DNA from: Podarcis erhardii
Lineage: Eukaryota
Length of the DNA: 64,000 bases
Reading direction: 5' to 3' (one strand)
Assembly: GCA_964252035.1 (NCBI GenBank)
Contig: OZ176200.1
This document shows, piece by piece, positions 48,947-61,900 of the stretch. How positions within the stretch are numbered: position 1 is the first letter of the stretch; each line of letters begins with the position of its first letter. Made by a program: the position numbers and the translations under genes. A model generated the notes under the pieces. That model searched no databases, was not told the DNA's origin, and saw nothing but the letters and a program-made list of their open reading frames with translations.

Positions 48947-51900
48947 AATCTTCCATGAACTATAGAGAATATAAGACTCCTCATCCCTGTCCAGAGGGGT
49001 TTCCACAGACCATCTGCCAGAATTTGCTACCCCCTGTCCACAGAACAGAAAGCTTTTAAGAGTGGATAATAATATATGGTTTAATAATCAGCTTTAATTT
49101 AGACTGATAACTCTCCAGTTCACTGAAAGGCCTTAACGTCAGTTACTCTAGTTCATTTGTGGTTTCCTTTTTCCTTTTTCTTTTTAAATTGTGCCTCGTC
49201 TTTTTGACTCGGCTATGTAGGATTGCACTAGCTCCATAATGCAGTAATGCTGATAAATGAAGACCGTTCTTGAAAGGGATCTTCCTTTTTTAAAAAAACA
49301 AAACAGAACCCAAAATGAAGAGTATAATTTGGTCTTGTGGTAACTGGAACGTTTCAACTAGCCTCTTATTAAAAGCGCTTGAGTTGAGGGGCAGCAAGCA
49401 CTCCAGTCAAAGTACTGTATTTAGGGTGCATCTGTCTACCTTCAGAGGGTGCTGCCAGGCATGCTGTGGCAATATACTACTCTGAATATAATTTATTTTT
49501 CATTGGTTCAGGTGAGTGAGAGAAATATGCAATGTCTTGGCCCAGAAATGTATTTTGCTAGAATTTCTAAATGCTTACTCCGTGAGTGTCTCCATCAGAT
49601 GTTAAAAGAAACACACAGTAACCCTTTTCGGCCTGTGTTCCTTTACGATTTGTTGCTATTTAACATTTACATTGTACTGAACCAGAGCGAAAGCTAGTAT
49701 GGAGAGAGAACAAGTGATATATGCTGGGGAAGAAGTGGTTATTTCTCACATGGGATACATGGAAGGTCAAGGATGCATAAGAATGACCAAATGTAAATTT
49801 CAGAAATGGGCCAAATTATGGATTCTCAGTATGCACTTTTAATGTGTAACTTTTGTATGTTGTGTGGTACATATATATTTTGGTTTTGATAAATATGGTA
49901 CAGCAATTGTGGCCTAACTTTTGAAATACATTAAGATGCCCACAGCCACATGGGATTTAGTTTTGTTACTGCAAACAAGGAAAGCATGACTTTAGAGATG
50001 TTGATTCAAAGTGACTATCTCAAGTGTTCATGTTAGAATCCATTCTATTTTCACACTTTGGGCAGGCTTAGCTATGTTCCTTTAGTGTGTGTATGCACAA
50101 GCCTGTTCACACTAGTGGAAGTTGCACAGACACACACTTAACAGGAAGAATAGGAGTCTGAAACGTCAGTATTTATAAGCACTGACTTGCTGTTTTTAGT
50201 ATTTGCTATTGTACTAGCATTGTGGATGGTATTGAAATTCTGCATAATGTGAAAAGGATATAACAACCTGTAAACTGCTTGTAAAGGGCCAGTTTTTCTA
50301 TACAAACCTTCGCTTTAATGCCACCACTTCCAGTGTTTTTGCTAGCTTTGTTTACAGTTGGGAGGATTTGTCTGCAGCAGTGCACATTTGTAAACGCTTC
50401 TTGAATGATTGACAGTGAATTTTACTTTAAACCTGGTGATGTGCTAGATCTGTTGCGTGGTAAAAGTTGTATTTAACCATAGGAAAAGGGAATTGCTCTG
50501 AATTTTTAACTAAATATTTTAATTGACCCGTTTGATTCACAGGCGTACTCTATTAAGGTTTGTTTACCTTCTCAAAAAGTGCCTCCTTTCTGTTTTCAGT
50601 GAGGAGCATTGACATGTTTAAAGTTCTTGAGCATGTTTATTACTTTGAGTAAACATTTATTAAAGAACAGCTGGGGGCAAGCAGAGTGCTCCCAAGCCAG
50701 CACAGTGCTAAAATGTGAAACTTACCCACTTTCTGGCTAAACTCACTCTTTAGGGTGACTTGAATGCAGTATTTGAATTATCATCCTTCAGGCACAGTTA
50801 AAGGCCATTTTAATTGCACTCCTGGTGGTTTCAGTGGGCCTCAATATTACTCAGTGAACCAAACCAATACAGAGATGCATCATAGATTTTAACATTTATT
50901 GGCAGTTTCTCCTAATCCAAACTAAGGTCTTGTAGGTGTTTTATCAGGTAAGCTGTGTCCCTCCATTGCAGAGAAACTTCTGCTGCAGTGTAAGAAATTA
51001 TCATAATGAGCAGCCTCACAATGTGAAAGTTGCAGCTATAATATACAGAGTGACTTGACTATTTAATACCATAATTGTCCATTTCAGCTTATTCAGAAGC
51101 TGCTAGATAGAGCAATCAGATGGAAGATCTTAAGCATTTTGTTTACAAGTTTTTAAAAAGCATAATAGCACACTTTGTACCAAAAAATAATAATTAAAAC
51201 ACTGTGCTGTAAGAATTTCTACAACTCTATGAAAAGTCCACTTGTCAAATTAACAAATTTATGTCACATGGTACACTTAGCAGCCAATCATGATAACTGA
51301 TATACACGCAGGTCCCACTATGGAACACTGTTTATCTGGAATTTCAGTTATCTGTACACAAAGAATTATACCCAAACCTCACTACACAAATGGCTGATTC
51401 AGATATCTGAACAGCCAGCGTTTACCCACTTCCTTACTTGTTTGTGGTTTGCTGGTCTGCAGCAGCCATTTCAGGCAGACAGGGAGATCAGACAAATCAT
51501 GGATTAGAAATGTTCCCATAGGAAACATTGGAAACCATCAGCTTGTTATGTGAACACTTGCCTATCAAACGATTTCCTGGAAATGCATTGTGTTCTGAAA
51601 GTAGGAGCTGTGTGTATATTGTTCCATACATTTGCTATTAAAAATACACAAAAAGGGTTAAACAAATCCACATCCTGCCCCCTGCCCCCCTTTAGTGAAC
51701 CACATGCAGTGTTTTTACTCTTCCGATAGTTCTGGCAAGAACAATTTTCTCTGTCTTGTTGCAGTCTGATTATATTTCCTCTTGTTCCATATGAAAAAAA
51801 ATCCTGATTGGAACTAGACTTCTCTTTCCAGAGAAGAGATCTAAAGTCCATTAGAGGTTCTTAGTGGGAAAAGGTGAGAAAGGTGATTTTCACTTCCTTC

Positions 51901-53415
51901 CTCCTTCAGCCCCATCGCTCCATCTTCCAGCTGTCCTGCAGGGTCACCTGACCCCATAGAGCAGCTTTGGGGGGGATGCATGGAGCTAGGAGCAGGGGGA
52001 AATTGGTAGCAATCACCCCTTCCTCCACTGGAGGGCCCTGTTGATTTGGTTCAGCCCGTTGATAGCCTTGATCCTCCCCCTAGTGCTGCAGGAGAAAAGG
52101 TCTGTTTGCACATGCTTTTTATGGCTGAATGCTTGATATTTGGTGAGAATAGTAACAGTCTACTCATTGGGATTTTCAGCACAGTTACCCAAGTGCCATG
52201 TTTGGCTTGCCAACTCTGTCCCTTCAATACCCACCGGCCATCACCATCAACCCCCATCCCCCAAGGGAGCACCCTGCATGTGTTGTGTAATGGTGTGTGA
52301 GTTTTTAACAAAGATTTATTTTTCAGAAAAATATGACTCTGTTGCTGTTAAAAGTGGCAGAGGTTTCACTTAATTGAAGTATGTGACAATGTACTTCAGT
52401 AACCCATCCAGATTTCGACAGTCCATTTACTGCATGCTGAAGTATGAATGCATAGTGCCTTTTTGAAATATAATGGGATGAATTTGTTTTTGAAAATTCT
52501 TGGAAAAGGTATAGAGGAGTACTGATGTATGAGGAATACATGAATGCAGAATAGAGTGGGTATATGTACAACAGTTTGTCTATCTTCAGAAGCTACAGAT
52601 GCAAAATATTTTTCAGACGTATATTTTCTCTGTGCTCAGTAAACTCTGAATTCTAAAATGAGGTTATTGATAGAAGAAAGGCATAAGATGATTTGTGTTG
52701 GGGTTGTGTGTGTTTTTTGTTGGCATGGTTTCATTATTTAACTATGGAATTTCAATGAGTTTTTGATGACATCTGCCTTCTAAGAGTAACACAGAGTACA
52801 GTATCTGTGTTTGTCCCCTTATGAAGAGGCTGTTCCTTCAAGGTCAAGTCTAAATAATTGTGCTAGTAAAGTTCCTATAGAAATTTCGAGGTTAAACAGT
52901 GGGAGATGCTTTGTTTTTAGGCTATAACATATGATTTTTTTAAACCAATTGATGTTTGTCCCAAGTTTTAATTCTTATCGGCTGGGTTGATTGGATTTTC
53001 TTAACACTTCCTACAAACTGTTAGGTACTGGTTTGTTTTACAACACAAGTACATTGAATTGCTTGCTTCCTGCTTGCAGCAAATGGACTTCCCCTGAAAT
53101 GGACACTCATTATTTTTGTCAGTGTTTGCTGTGGTTTGCGTTAATCATACTCTGTAATCTAGTTAATCCTGGATTTTGATATGTCAGAATGAAGGTTTCT
53201 CTTTAGTTCTGTTTTAGAATCTAAACATTGGAAGGACTTTAAACCTGGGTCTTAGCTGGGAGTTATTCACATTACCTATCATGTTAAACACTTGCATCAA
53301 ACCATCCAGCCTTTTATATCCACCTGATGTTAACAGTGAAATACTTTTTGTACCTTGTTGCTGAAAATATTTTTGCATTTCAGGACATCAAGTTACAATA
53401 AAGTTGTTACTTATA
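48947..53415 (+). other. SPOPL: SPOPL 3' UTR (about 4.45 kb, end approximate)
   Basis: AT-rich, few recognisable repeats, ends at AATAAA followed by a GU-rich element. Confidence 0.6.
53397..53402 (+). terminator. Polyadenylation signal (AATAAA), probable SPOPL 3' end
   Basis: acAATAAAgttgttacttatacagaaat followed by ctgtgtaccgtgttgtctttg, a GU-rich downstream element. Confidence 0.6.
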
Positions 53416-53944
53416 CAGAAATCTTCTGTGTACCGTGTTGTCTTTGAGACACTGACTTTGCTACGTTTCCCTTGACATACAGCAACGTCAACGATGATCA
53501 CAACATTGTTCACCGTCTTGACAATTTTTTTAATCAGAAATGAATAGAAAACAGATCACTTTTTATTTACAACTTCACACACACACACTATATTGATGCT
53601 GATTTTAGAGAAGCGCATAGGCTGCCACATTGTAGAAAGTGTCATAAAGAATCATATTCAAAATTTGGAGTGGCATCTATGGGTACATCTGCACTGAGAG
53701 CTAGGGCACTGACCGCTTCCTACTGAATTTTCACTTGAAGAAACCTTTCATAGCCAATGGAAGGTTATTTCAGATCTCATTTTGGGGGTTACAGTTGGGA
53801 AGGGGAGAGTTGTGGCATGTGCGCTGCCCAGAACAATATCTCTGGTCTGTCTGGAATACCTTTTACTAACTAATTTGCCAGTTTGCAAATGTTGGAAGAT
53901 AAAAACAGCTATTTGTCATCCGTGACGTCCAGATCAGACGAATG

Positions 53945-54130
53945 TAATGAGCTCCAAAGCACATCCCATTGAAGATGACTTGGAAACTTTAGGTGGTACA
54001 AAAGGTTGCTGTCCATCTATGGAACAGAATGAGCTGGTGAGAATATATTAATATGTTTTCAAGCCACCAGCATAGGTTGCCAGTTTGGGGCCTGATTTCA
54101 AATCCTGACTTTCGATCTACCTAGAGCAGG
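53945..54130 (+). mobile_element. Old L2 fragment
   Basis: cccattgaagatgacttggaaactttaggtggtacaaaa ... cataggttgccagtt ... tttcaaatcctgactttc corresponds to a decayed KLQLVQN/HWLPV region. Confidence 0.5.
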
Positions 54131-56202
54131 GCTTTCTCTGTTGTTGCACCTGAGCTACAGAGTTCTTTCTCTAGAAAATCATGTTTTGGCTTCTTTTCCT
54201 GGCCTCTTTTTAAATACTTTGGCAGGTCTTTGGCAGAAATCACATTTGTTAACTTTGACCATTTTTACACTTGTTGGCAATGAGTTGGAGCCAGAACTGT
54301 TATCCTACAAATAGAAGGACTCTTTCTGCTAGCAGAAATGTCTTGAATCTAGCAGAAGCTCCCATGAACTGGGTGCCCCCTCAGGCAGACAGGGAAGTAA
54401 TATATGCCAGACCCCCCAACCCATTAAAGCAGATTTTTCTTTTTGGGAAGGGCAACAAGGTATTTGCAAGAGTTATTGGAATTCTGTTCTGTGCCACTCT
54501 GGATATTAGTCCTTGTATTACTAATACTTTTTCAGTATTCTTGTTTTAGTTTCACAAAAATGCAAAACGTTGAGTGATGATTTATATTGTTTTGTTTATA
54601 TCATACTCTGCAGGATCTCTAGGTATTTTCACCACACAAGTACTTTGATTGCTGACTTAAGAGATGCCTTGGCTGTTTAATTGCTTCGTTATTAAAAGCA
54701 TCTGCTCCGAACCAATAGTTTAAGAGGCAAATATTCATAACAGAACTATCTGCATTTCAAACTATTGGTTTGAAGCAGATGGTTAGCAATTTGAATTCCA
54801 GTCAGCATTTTAGCACAAAACTTTTCAGCGACGGTCATCCTGGGGTAGATGGCTTCACCCAAAGTGTAGGCAAAGGACTGAAGAGGGAAGGGAGTATTGT
54901 CAAATAATGGCTTGAAAAATAAAACTGCTCCCTTTCCAAAGCAGGCTGGGTTGTGAGGTACTGCAAAGATTGATGCCCAGTTTGGGACTGAGTCCCTTTG
55001 CTTCCCAGCAGCACTTCAGCCCATATTGTTTAGGAGGCCATATTGTTTAGAAGGTGAGTTTTTGAAAATGTATTTTTATATAACTCTGGATTTCTAGCCA
55101 TAGTTCACCAAAGGCTTATGTCACAAATCAAGCTATGTATCCAGTTTAAGGGTAATAAGTAATGTCAGTCATGCTGAATAGACATACTGAAATCTGAACT
55201 TCAATAAATGGGATAACCCCCAAAGTTTTTCTTAAAACTTCTTTGTCAATAACCTTCAACCCAGGGGGCGGGAGGGAACACTCTGGTCAGGTCTGGTTAA
55301 TTTGAAAGCAAACATTTAAGAGGCCGTAAACTGTACTATTTGTTGGAGGGTGAGGTGGGAAGTGGGTGTGGAGAGAAAAAATGCTCTCCAGTCATTTAGA
55401 TATTAATAGCAGACTCCTACTTTTGACAAGCTGACAGAATTAGAGAATTGAAACTTGATGAATCTTAATGTTTTCTGTCACGTAGCTCAATTTCCCCAAA
55501 TTATTTCTCCAATTAGTTCTAGTCTTTTGTGAAGGAATGTCTAATGATAATTAATACATTCTTTTCAATTTGCATATTCAAGCTCGAGCATGTCTAAAAC
55601 ATGCAGATTTGTTGTGAGGGCAAGTCAGAATTTCTGCAGAGGTAAAGAAACGTAAATGTACACTACACGGATGAGCCCCCCAGATTTTAAAGTACAACCT
55701 TTTCCCCTTCCTAAAGCACAGAATCTTAATTAGCATACTTTAACTAGATCCTGTTAAGTGAGCTAGACATCAGTCTCCATTTCTCTATACAGGCATCCCC
55801 CCACTTATGCGAGCTTATGTTCTGGGTGCTGCACACGTAAGTGAAATTGTGTAAAAAAAACCACACCACTAAATGCCTATTTTCCCCTGCTCTCCAGCTC
55901 TCTCCTGCTCTCCAATCCAGACCAAAATATCTAGAGTTGAAGCTCTGGGACCATCTAGAAGCTAACAGAAAGCACCTGCTGCTGCTGTGCTGCCCAGCAT
56001 GTCAGCTGTTAGGCGGGGAAGCTGAGCAGCCTAAAGAAAGTCCCGATGCAGCTCAGATTTCTTTGAGACTTCCTCTGCCCACACTGACATCCTCTTCGGG
56101 CTCCGGAGAGGGTCTCCTCACAAACCACAAGGACTCTCCAGCTCTCTCCCACCATTTCCTGGTATGATTCTATTTGTTTGTTTCTCGGCACCATGCATAA
56201 AT

Positions 56203-56289
56203 GTTGTTATTGTTGTTTAGTTGTTTAGTCGTGTCCGACTCTTTGTGACCCCATGGACCAGAGCATGCCAGGCACTCCTGTCTTCCACT
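56203..56289 (-). mobile_element. BovB (RTE) LINE 3' terminus
   Basis: Minus strand: agtggaagacaggagtgcctggcatgctctggtccatggggtcacaaagagtcggacacgactaaacaac-(aac)n. Confidence 0.88.
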
Positions 56290-56464
56290 CCCTAAAGGGA
56301 GCAGTGTTTCTTGACAAGAAGCAGAGCCAAACTTCCTCAGCCAGGCTGAGGTGACGTTCAAGCACTTTTAGAGGTATGATTAAAAGGCAACAGATTGTCA
56401 ATTACAGAGTTATGTTGTTGTCACTATTAAGGGGTGTTCTTTGAATGGATGGATGGATGGATGG

Positions 56465-56496
<32 letters not shown>

Positions 56497-58297
56497 TTTT
56501 CCTTGGGCGTTTATGATACATATTGCTACCTGGTCCCACCAGCTTCAACAATAAAAGTCTGAAACTTATCACGATGGTAGCATTTTGCCAGTATATACAT
56601 AATACTTATTTAATTATTTAAATAATTCCTTTATTTATTTATTTATAAACTCGCAAGCGGTTCACAACCTAATTTAAAGCATCAAATAAAGCTTTACAAA
56701 ATAAATATTGCATACAAAGGTCAAATATAAATGACATATTTAAAGCAGCACAGTTAACAGTAAAACAAAAATATTATCTTAAATTTAAAAGCATTGCGGG
56801 TACAATAAACTCCCCTCAAAACAGCCTCCTTCATAATAAAATAAAATAACAGTGACACAAGCTTCACCCACACTTTCCACATATAGTAGGCTTAAAATCT
56901 GCATCCCTTGTTTGCGGCTTTCACAAAGCAATTTACTCCACATCACTGTGAAAAGCTGTTTACTTGTGTCTGTGTGTGTCATCATTCTAGATGTGCAGCT
57001 ACAGGATGTGAAAAGACCATCACATGGTGATAGTCACTGTATGGGGTGAATTGACACGTGACTATATCACGCAAAACAAGCCCCAGCTTAGCAGGGCCTA
57101 GAGTGGGGAACTCCTTTCAACCTTGACCATTGGCTAAGGTGACTGAGGTTGGTGGGAATTGAGAATCCAACATCTGGAGGGCTTCAGGTTCTCCTCCTCA
57201 TTGCACCCTTGACACCTTTTCACTCTGGGCTGTGTTGAAATATTCTCAAGTGTTTGAAACAGTTTGAGAGAGTTCCTTCTTGCCACAGATATCTAATCGG
57301 CCCGTGGTACTTTGACTAGGTCTTTTGAACGGAGAAAAAACTTCTCACGCCAGATGTTGGCTTGAAGATGGATAGGCAGCTAATTTTAAAAATAAAAACT
57401 TATTCTAGAGAAATATTGGAGAGAACTTTATACTCTTGCACTGCATTTATAACACATCCTATTTAATATAGATTTATTACATTTTCTTTTTTATACGGAA
57501 GACCAAAAAAAAAAAAGAGAGAGAGAGAGAGAGAGGATATGGCTTGTGAGTGGACAGGGAAAGTAATAACTTCCATCTGCCCGAAGTGGCCTTTGATTCA
57601 GGAATCTGTGCCAACAATAGGAGTGTTATCAGCTTTATTTGGACAGACTTTGCCATTACCTGACAAAGGGAGCAATTATGAGAGCCAATGTGAGCAATTT
57701 TGCTAATGCTACCTGACTTCATGCTTCTAAACAGAGCAATAATCAAATTTATTTGTGATGTGTGTTGGGGAGAATGCAAATGGAACACTCCACTGAACAC
57801 TTGTGAACTGTAAATAGAGCATGAAATCACTTTTGCACAGTAATTCTAAAAAATCAACATTCTACCCCCCCAATCCCTCCCCCCCACTTTTTGCAATATG
57901 AGTTTTGCTGTGAGAATGTAAAATTAGGTACAGTACAATCTGTGACTGGACTAGGCATTAGGAAATGGGGTGTAAGTTTAACAAGGAGAAAAGATCAAGT
58001 AGAAAGTCCTTTTTGCACAAAAATGCCCCAGCTGTGTTCAGCATAGAAAGTTTATTGACCTTAAGTCTTATTGAAACAATGGACTAATAATGCACAAAAT
58101 AATGGACTAAATAATGACTGAGTTATCTCACTGGTTTCAGTGGGATATACGGTGACCACCTTTTCTATGGAGTGAGGTCCATGGTTTACAGACTTCAGGT
58201 TGATGGACATGCATTTTTATTTTGGTGGGAGGGATCATGCTGTGGAAGGTTGCATGTACGCACACACATAATTTTGTATCCCAAAGCTGACCTATAG

Positions 58298-58433
58298 CAG
58301 GCACCCCCAAACTCAGCCCTCTAGATGTTTTGGGACTACAATTCCCATCATCCCTGGCCACTGGTCCTGTTAGCTAGGGATGATGGGAGTTTTAGTCCCA
58401 AAACAGCTGGAGGGCCGATTTTGGGGGTGCCTG
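58298..58433. mobile_element. hAT (Charlie-type) palindromic MITE
   Basis: caggcacccccaaa...cccatcatccct and agggatgatggga...ttgggggtgcctg are long inverted arms; the 8-bp flanks acctatag and gtctacag resemble the nTCTAGAn target. Confidence 0.85.
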
Positions 58434-61400
58434 GTCTACAGCTATTTGTGTTTACAATTATGTGGCTGAAAGCCATGTTGTGTTATAAACCTTGTTATTT
58501 GGCGTTGTAAATGCAGTAGGGAGTCCTCAAACTTCTGAGTTGCCTCATTCTCCCCCCCCCCCAATGCCTCTCTCCTCTCCTCACAAGCCTCCCCCCTCCT
58601 CCATTTTTTTCTTTTCTAATAAACTAAATCAAACTAAAGGAATTCCCAGCACTCAAGAGGGGATGGGGGTAGAGAGATGGGGGGGCGAATCTTTGCAATT
58701 TCCCCAGCACTCTCCATTCACAGTGATTTGGGGGGAGGGATGTTGAAGTAAAAATAAACAGAGGTGCTCTTTGTATGAGTTGTCATTCTCTTCTGAGTTT
58801 TGGTTGTGAAAGCAGTGTGTAAGCAGTGCAATTAGACTCTTGGGGTGGCCTGCTTCTTTCCCAATCTATTCTTTGTCCTAATACACAATTTAAAAACATT
58901 GCCCTCTTCCCCTACCACACAGAGGGTACTTCCACGAAGGTGGAGGGTGGTGGTGAGAAAAAACGTTTTTTGTAACTAAGTTATCTTTTTAATAGGGAAG
59001 GTACCCAGGGGCATCTCACTCATGTTCCCATTTTTCAAACTGATAGCCCCTAAAAAGAGGGATTCTGATTTCTATTTTCCAAGAGACCAGTTGTACCTGT
59101 CTTTTGGGAAATTGTCACACTTTGCCCCCTCAGAAGAGGCAACCATGCTAGCAACTTGCATCCAATTCTGACAGAAAATTAAAAAGTTAAGGATTTCTTA
59201 TTGGAAAATTTAGCCTGAAAATTAGTGGGCTTAATCCACTTGAGGGGTTCCTTTGCCTGAAAATTTCATCCACTTGTGAAAAAAGTTGGCCATTTTTAGA
59301 CTTCACATTATTATCAGTGGGTACGAAGCAGAACTTCAGATTTAACACAGATCATATCTGGACCTCAATGTCAATTTAATTGGGATAACAGAGTGGCTCT
59401 AAAACAGATTGCTCTGCTTCCAATGGATACAAGATTAATATTTTTGTCATTGCATACCCCTAGTATATGTCTAAGCCCACCTCTCTCTCTCTGCCCCCCA
59501 TTGCTTTTATGAACTCCAGTCAAACAATATTCTCCCATCCCACTTTGTGTGATACCTTTTCTACCATGGAAAATTTTGCTGCTCTTCCGGCAGCCATCAT
59601 TAAAGCTGAATTTGGCTGGGAACATGGTCCCTTTTATTGATTGCAGTGCCTATCAAGTGTCTTTATCTCACAATTTGCTAAGTTATCCAAACCTGTATAA
59701 ATAATCAGTAGTTTGAATAGCTAATCAAGCATGATAATCACAAAGGTGCAAATGTGTGTTTGGAGGATATTTCTTTCATTTAGTGTGTTCCTTCTGTCGT
59801 GAAACGGAATGTATTTTTCCAGTACTCCGTACATTGTGCTTTCATATTCTGCAGCAGATTAAAATGTCAATCATCTTTTCCCTAGTTCATATAGTGTGTC
59901 CTCTAAGCCTCAGGGAAGGGGTGCGCATGTCTAGGTTTGCTTCTGCCCCACCAATAAAAAGAGCTGTGTGGAATGAAATATGTGTGAGGCGGCACAGCGA
60001 GATGTCAAATTTGTCCCGAAATAATGAGTTAGCGCCAAATGCTAATTAAATATTGATGAAAGTCATACTTTCAATTATCTTCATTATGGCCTGATGTTTT
60101 ATGTAGACATTAAGGGCTTGGAGTAGGAGCTCATATTGTAATTAGTTGTGCTGTACAGAAGCACAAGGTATTTTTCTTCTGGGACGAACTGAGGGCTGGG
60201 CTGAAAGCGAAGAGGCACATTTTGCAATAATGCTCAGCACTGTCAGATTTCAGCATTTGGTGGCATTTTTAAAAGTTAGTCATAGTCAGATCATTTGTAT
60301 ACCCCATTTTCCACAGATTTGTGCTCAAAGCAGTTTACAACACCTAACCGTCTAAATACAAAAATGCAATAGCTGCAATAGACAATTAAAACTGTTGCAG
60401 CACTAACAGTTCAACAATGAACAATTTTCATATATATGTATATGAAAATTAAGGGAGTATGAAGCTTACCAACAGGTCTTTTAATATCCCAATGGAGCCC
60501 TAAATCTAGTAAGAGCTTTTTATCCGTTCAGAAGGAAGACCTAGCCCAACTACCACTGCCTGATTAGGTATCTGTGGCAAGAAGGAACTCTCTCAAACTG
60601 TATTTCAAACACTTGATGATATTTCAATACAGCCCATAATATGGGTGCTTCTAGATGACCTGTTTCTTGAGCATTCCTCCTGATTTGTTTGTAGAGCCAT
60701 TTGACGATGTTGCGCCAAAGCAAGTATTAACCTACACAGTAATGTGTGCATTTCTCCATCTATTCTCAAAAAGTCCAGTTTGTTGCTCAAGAGCTCCCAG
60801 TGAACTATAATTGTGCAACCTGAAATTGCTAGCACGAGTGAATACCACCCCAAACCAGTCACAGACTGGAAGCGCCCCTTAGACTCACAAGTTTGGAACG
60901 CATTTCACCAGCGTTCTTGCGATTGTTCCCTTATGACAGTTCCTACAGCAAGAGGGAGCCGCCATTTCTCTCACTTTCTCAACCCTGACGAAAGGAGACA
61001 AAGGTACTTACCCATTTATAATGAGGCAAACCGAATACAGGGACACTTTTCTACTCATTCTTGAGCTTGGGAATGTAGCATAGCGATGTCCGCACATTCA
61101 GCACATGGCCTCCAATGGGCTGGGATAAGTATTCCCAGGAAGAACCTCCCACGGTAGTTGCCGAAGCAAGATTGTGGAGATAATGGTGACAAACAAGTAC
61201 TACAGTTATCTTTAAAAATGAAGCGGGCAAGCATTTGTCACACGTAACTCTGTTACAAAGACAATGAAACATGTGTTTAAATAGTATGCCCTACTTTGAT
61301 AGATGAGATCAAGGAGAGTTTGAAAGAAGCCACTGTATGCTCCAGGGAATCGCTGTCCCATCCTTGACAGAGGTGAGGAGGTAGGAGACACAAAAGCAAG

Positions 61401-61526
61401 CATTTTCTGTGGCAGCACCCCATTTTCAGGGAATATGTGGATTTGCCCCCATAGCTGAGTCATTGAAATGACATTTGAAGACTACTTTTTAAACTCAAGC
61501 CCTTAAGTTGACAATAGAACCAGAGT

Positions 61527-61900
61527 TGTGGTCTAAACCATTGAGCCTCTTGGGCTTGCCGATCATAAGGTCAGCGGTTCGAATCCCTGCGACGGAGTGA
61601 GCTCCCGTTGCTCTGTCCCAGCTCCTGCCAACCTAGCAGTTTGCAAGCACACCAGTTCAAGTAGATAAATAGGTACCGCTGCGGCAGGAAGGTAAATGGC
61701 ATTTCTGTGCGCCCAGGTTTCCGTCACGGAGATCTGTTGCGCCAGAAGCGGTTTAGTCATGCTGGCCACATGACCTGGAAAGCTGTCTGTGGACAAACGC
61801 CAGCTCCCTCAGCCTGAAAGTGAGATAAGCGCAGCAACCCCATAGTCACTTTTGACTGGACCTAAGTAACCAGGGGTCCTTTACCTTTACTTTTACTTTT
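61527..61900 (+). mobile_element. Sauria SINE (different subfamily from 36085; 5' end eroded)
   Basis: ttgccgatcataaggtcagcggttcgaatccc ... ctgccaacctagcagtt ... gtcatgctggccacatgac ... ggggtcctttacctttac; carries internal insertions absent from the 36085 copy. Confidence 0.92.
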
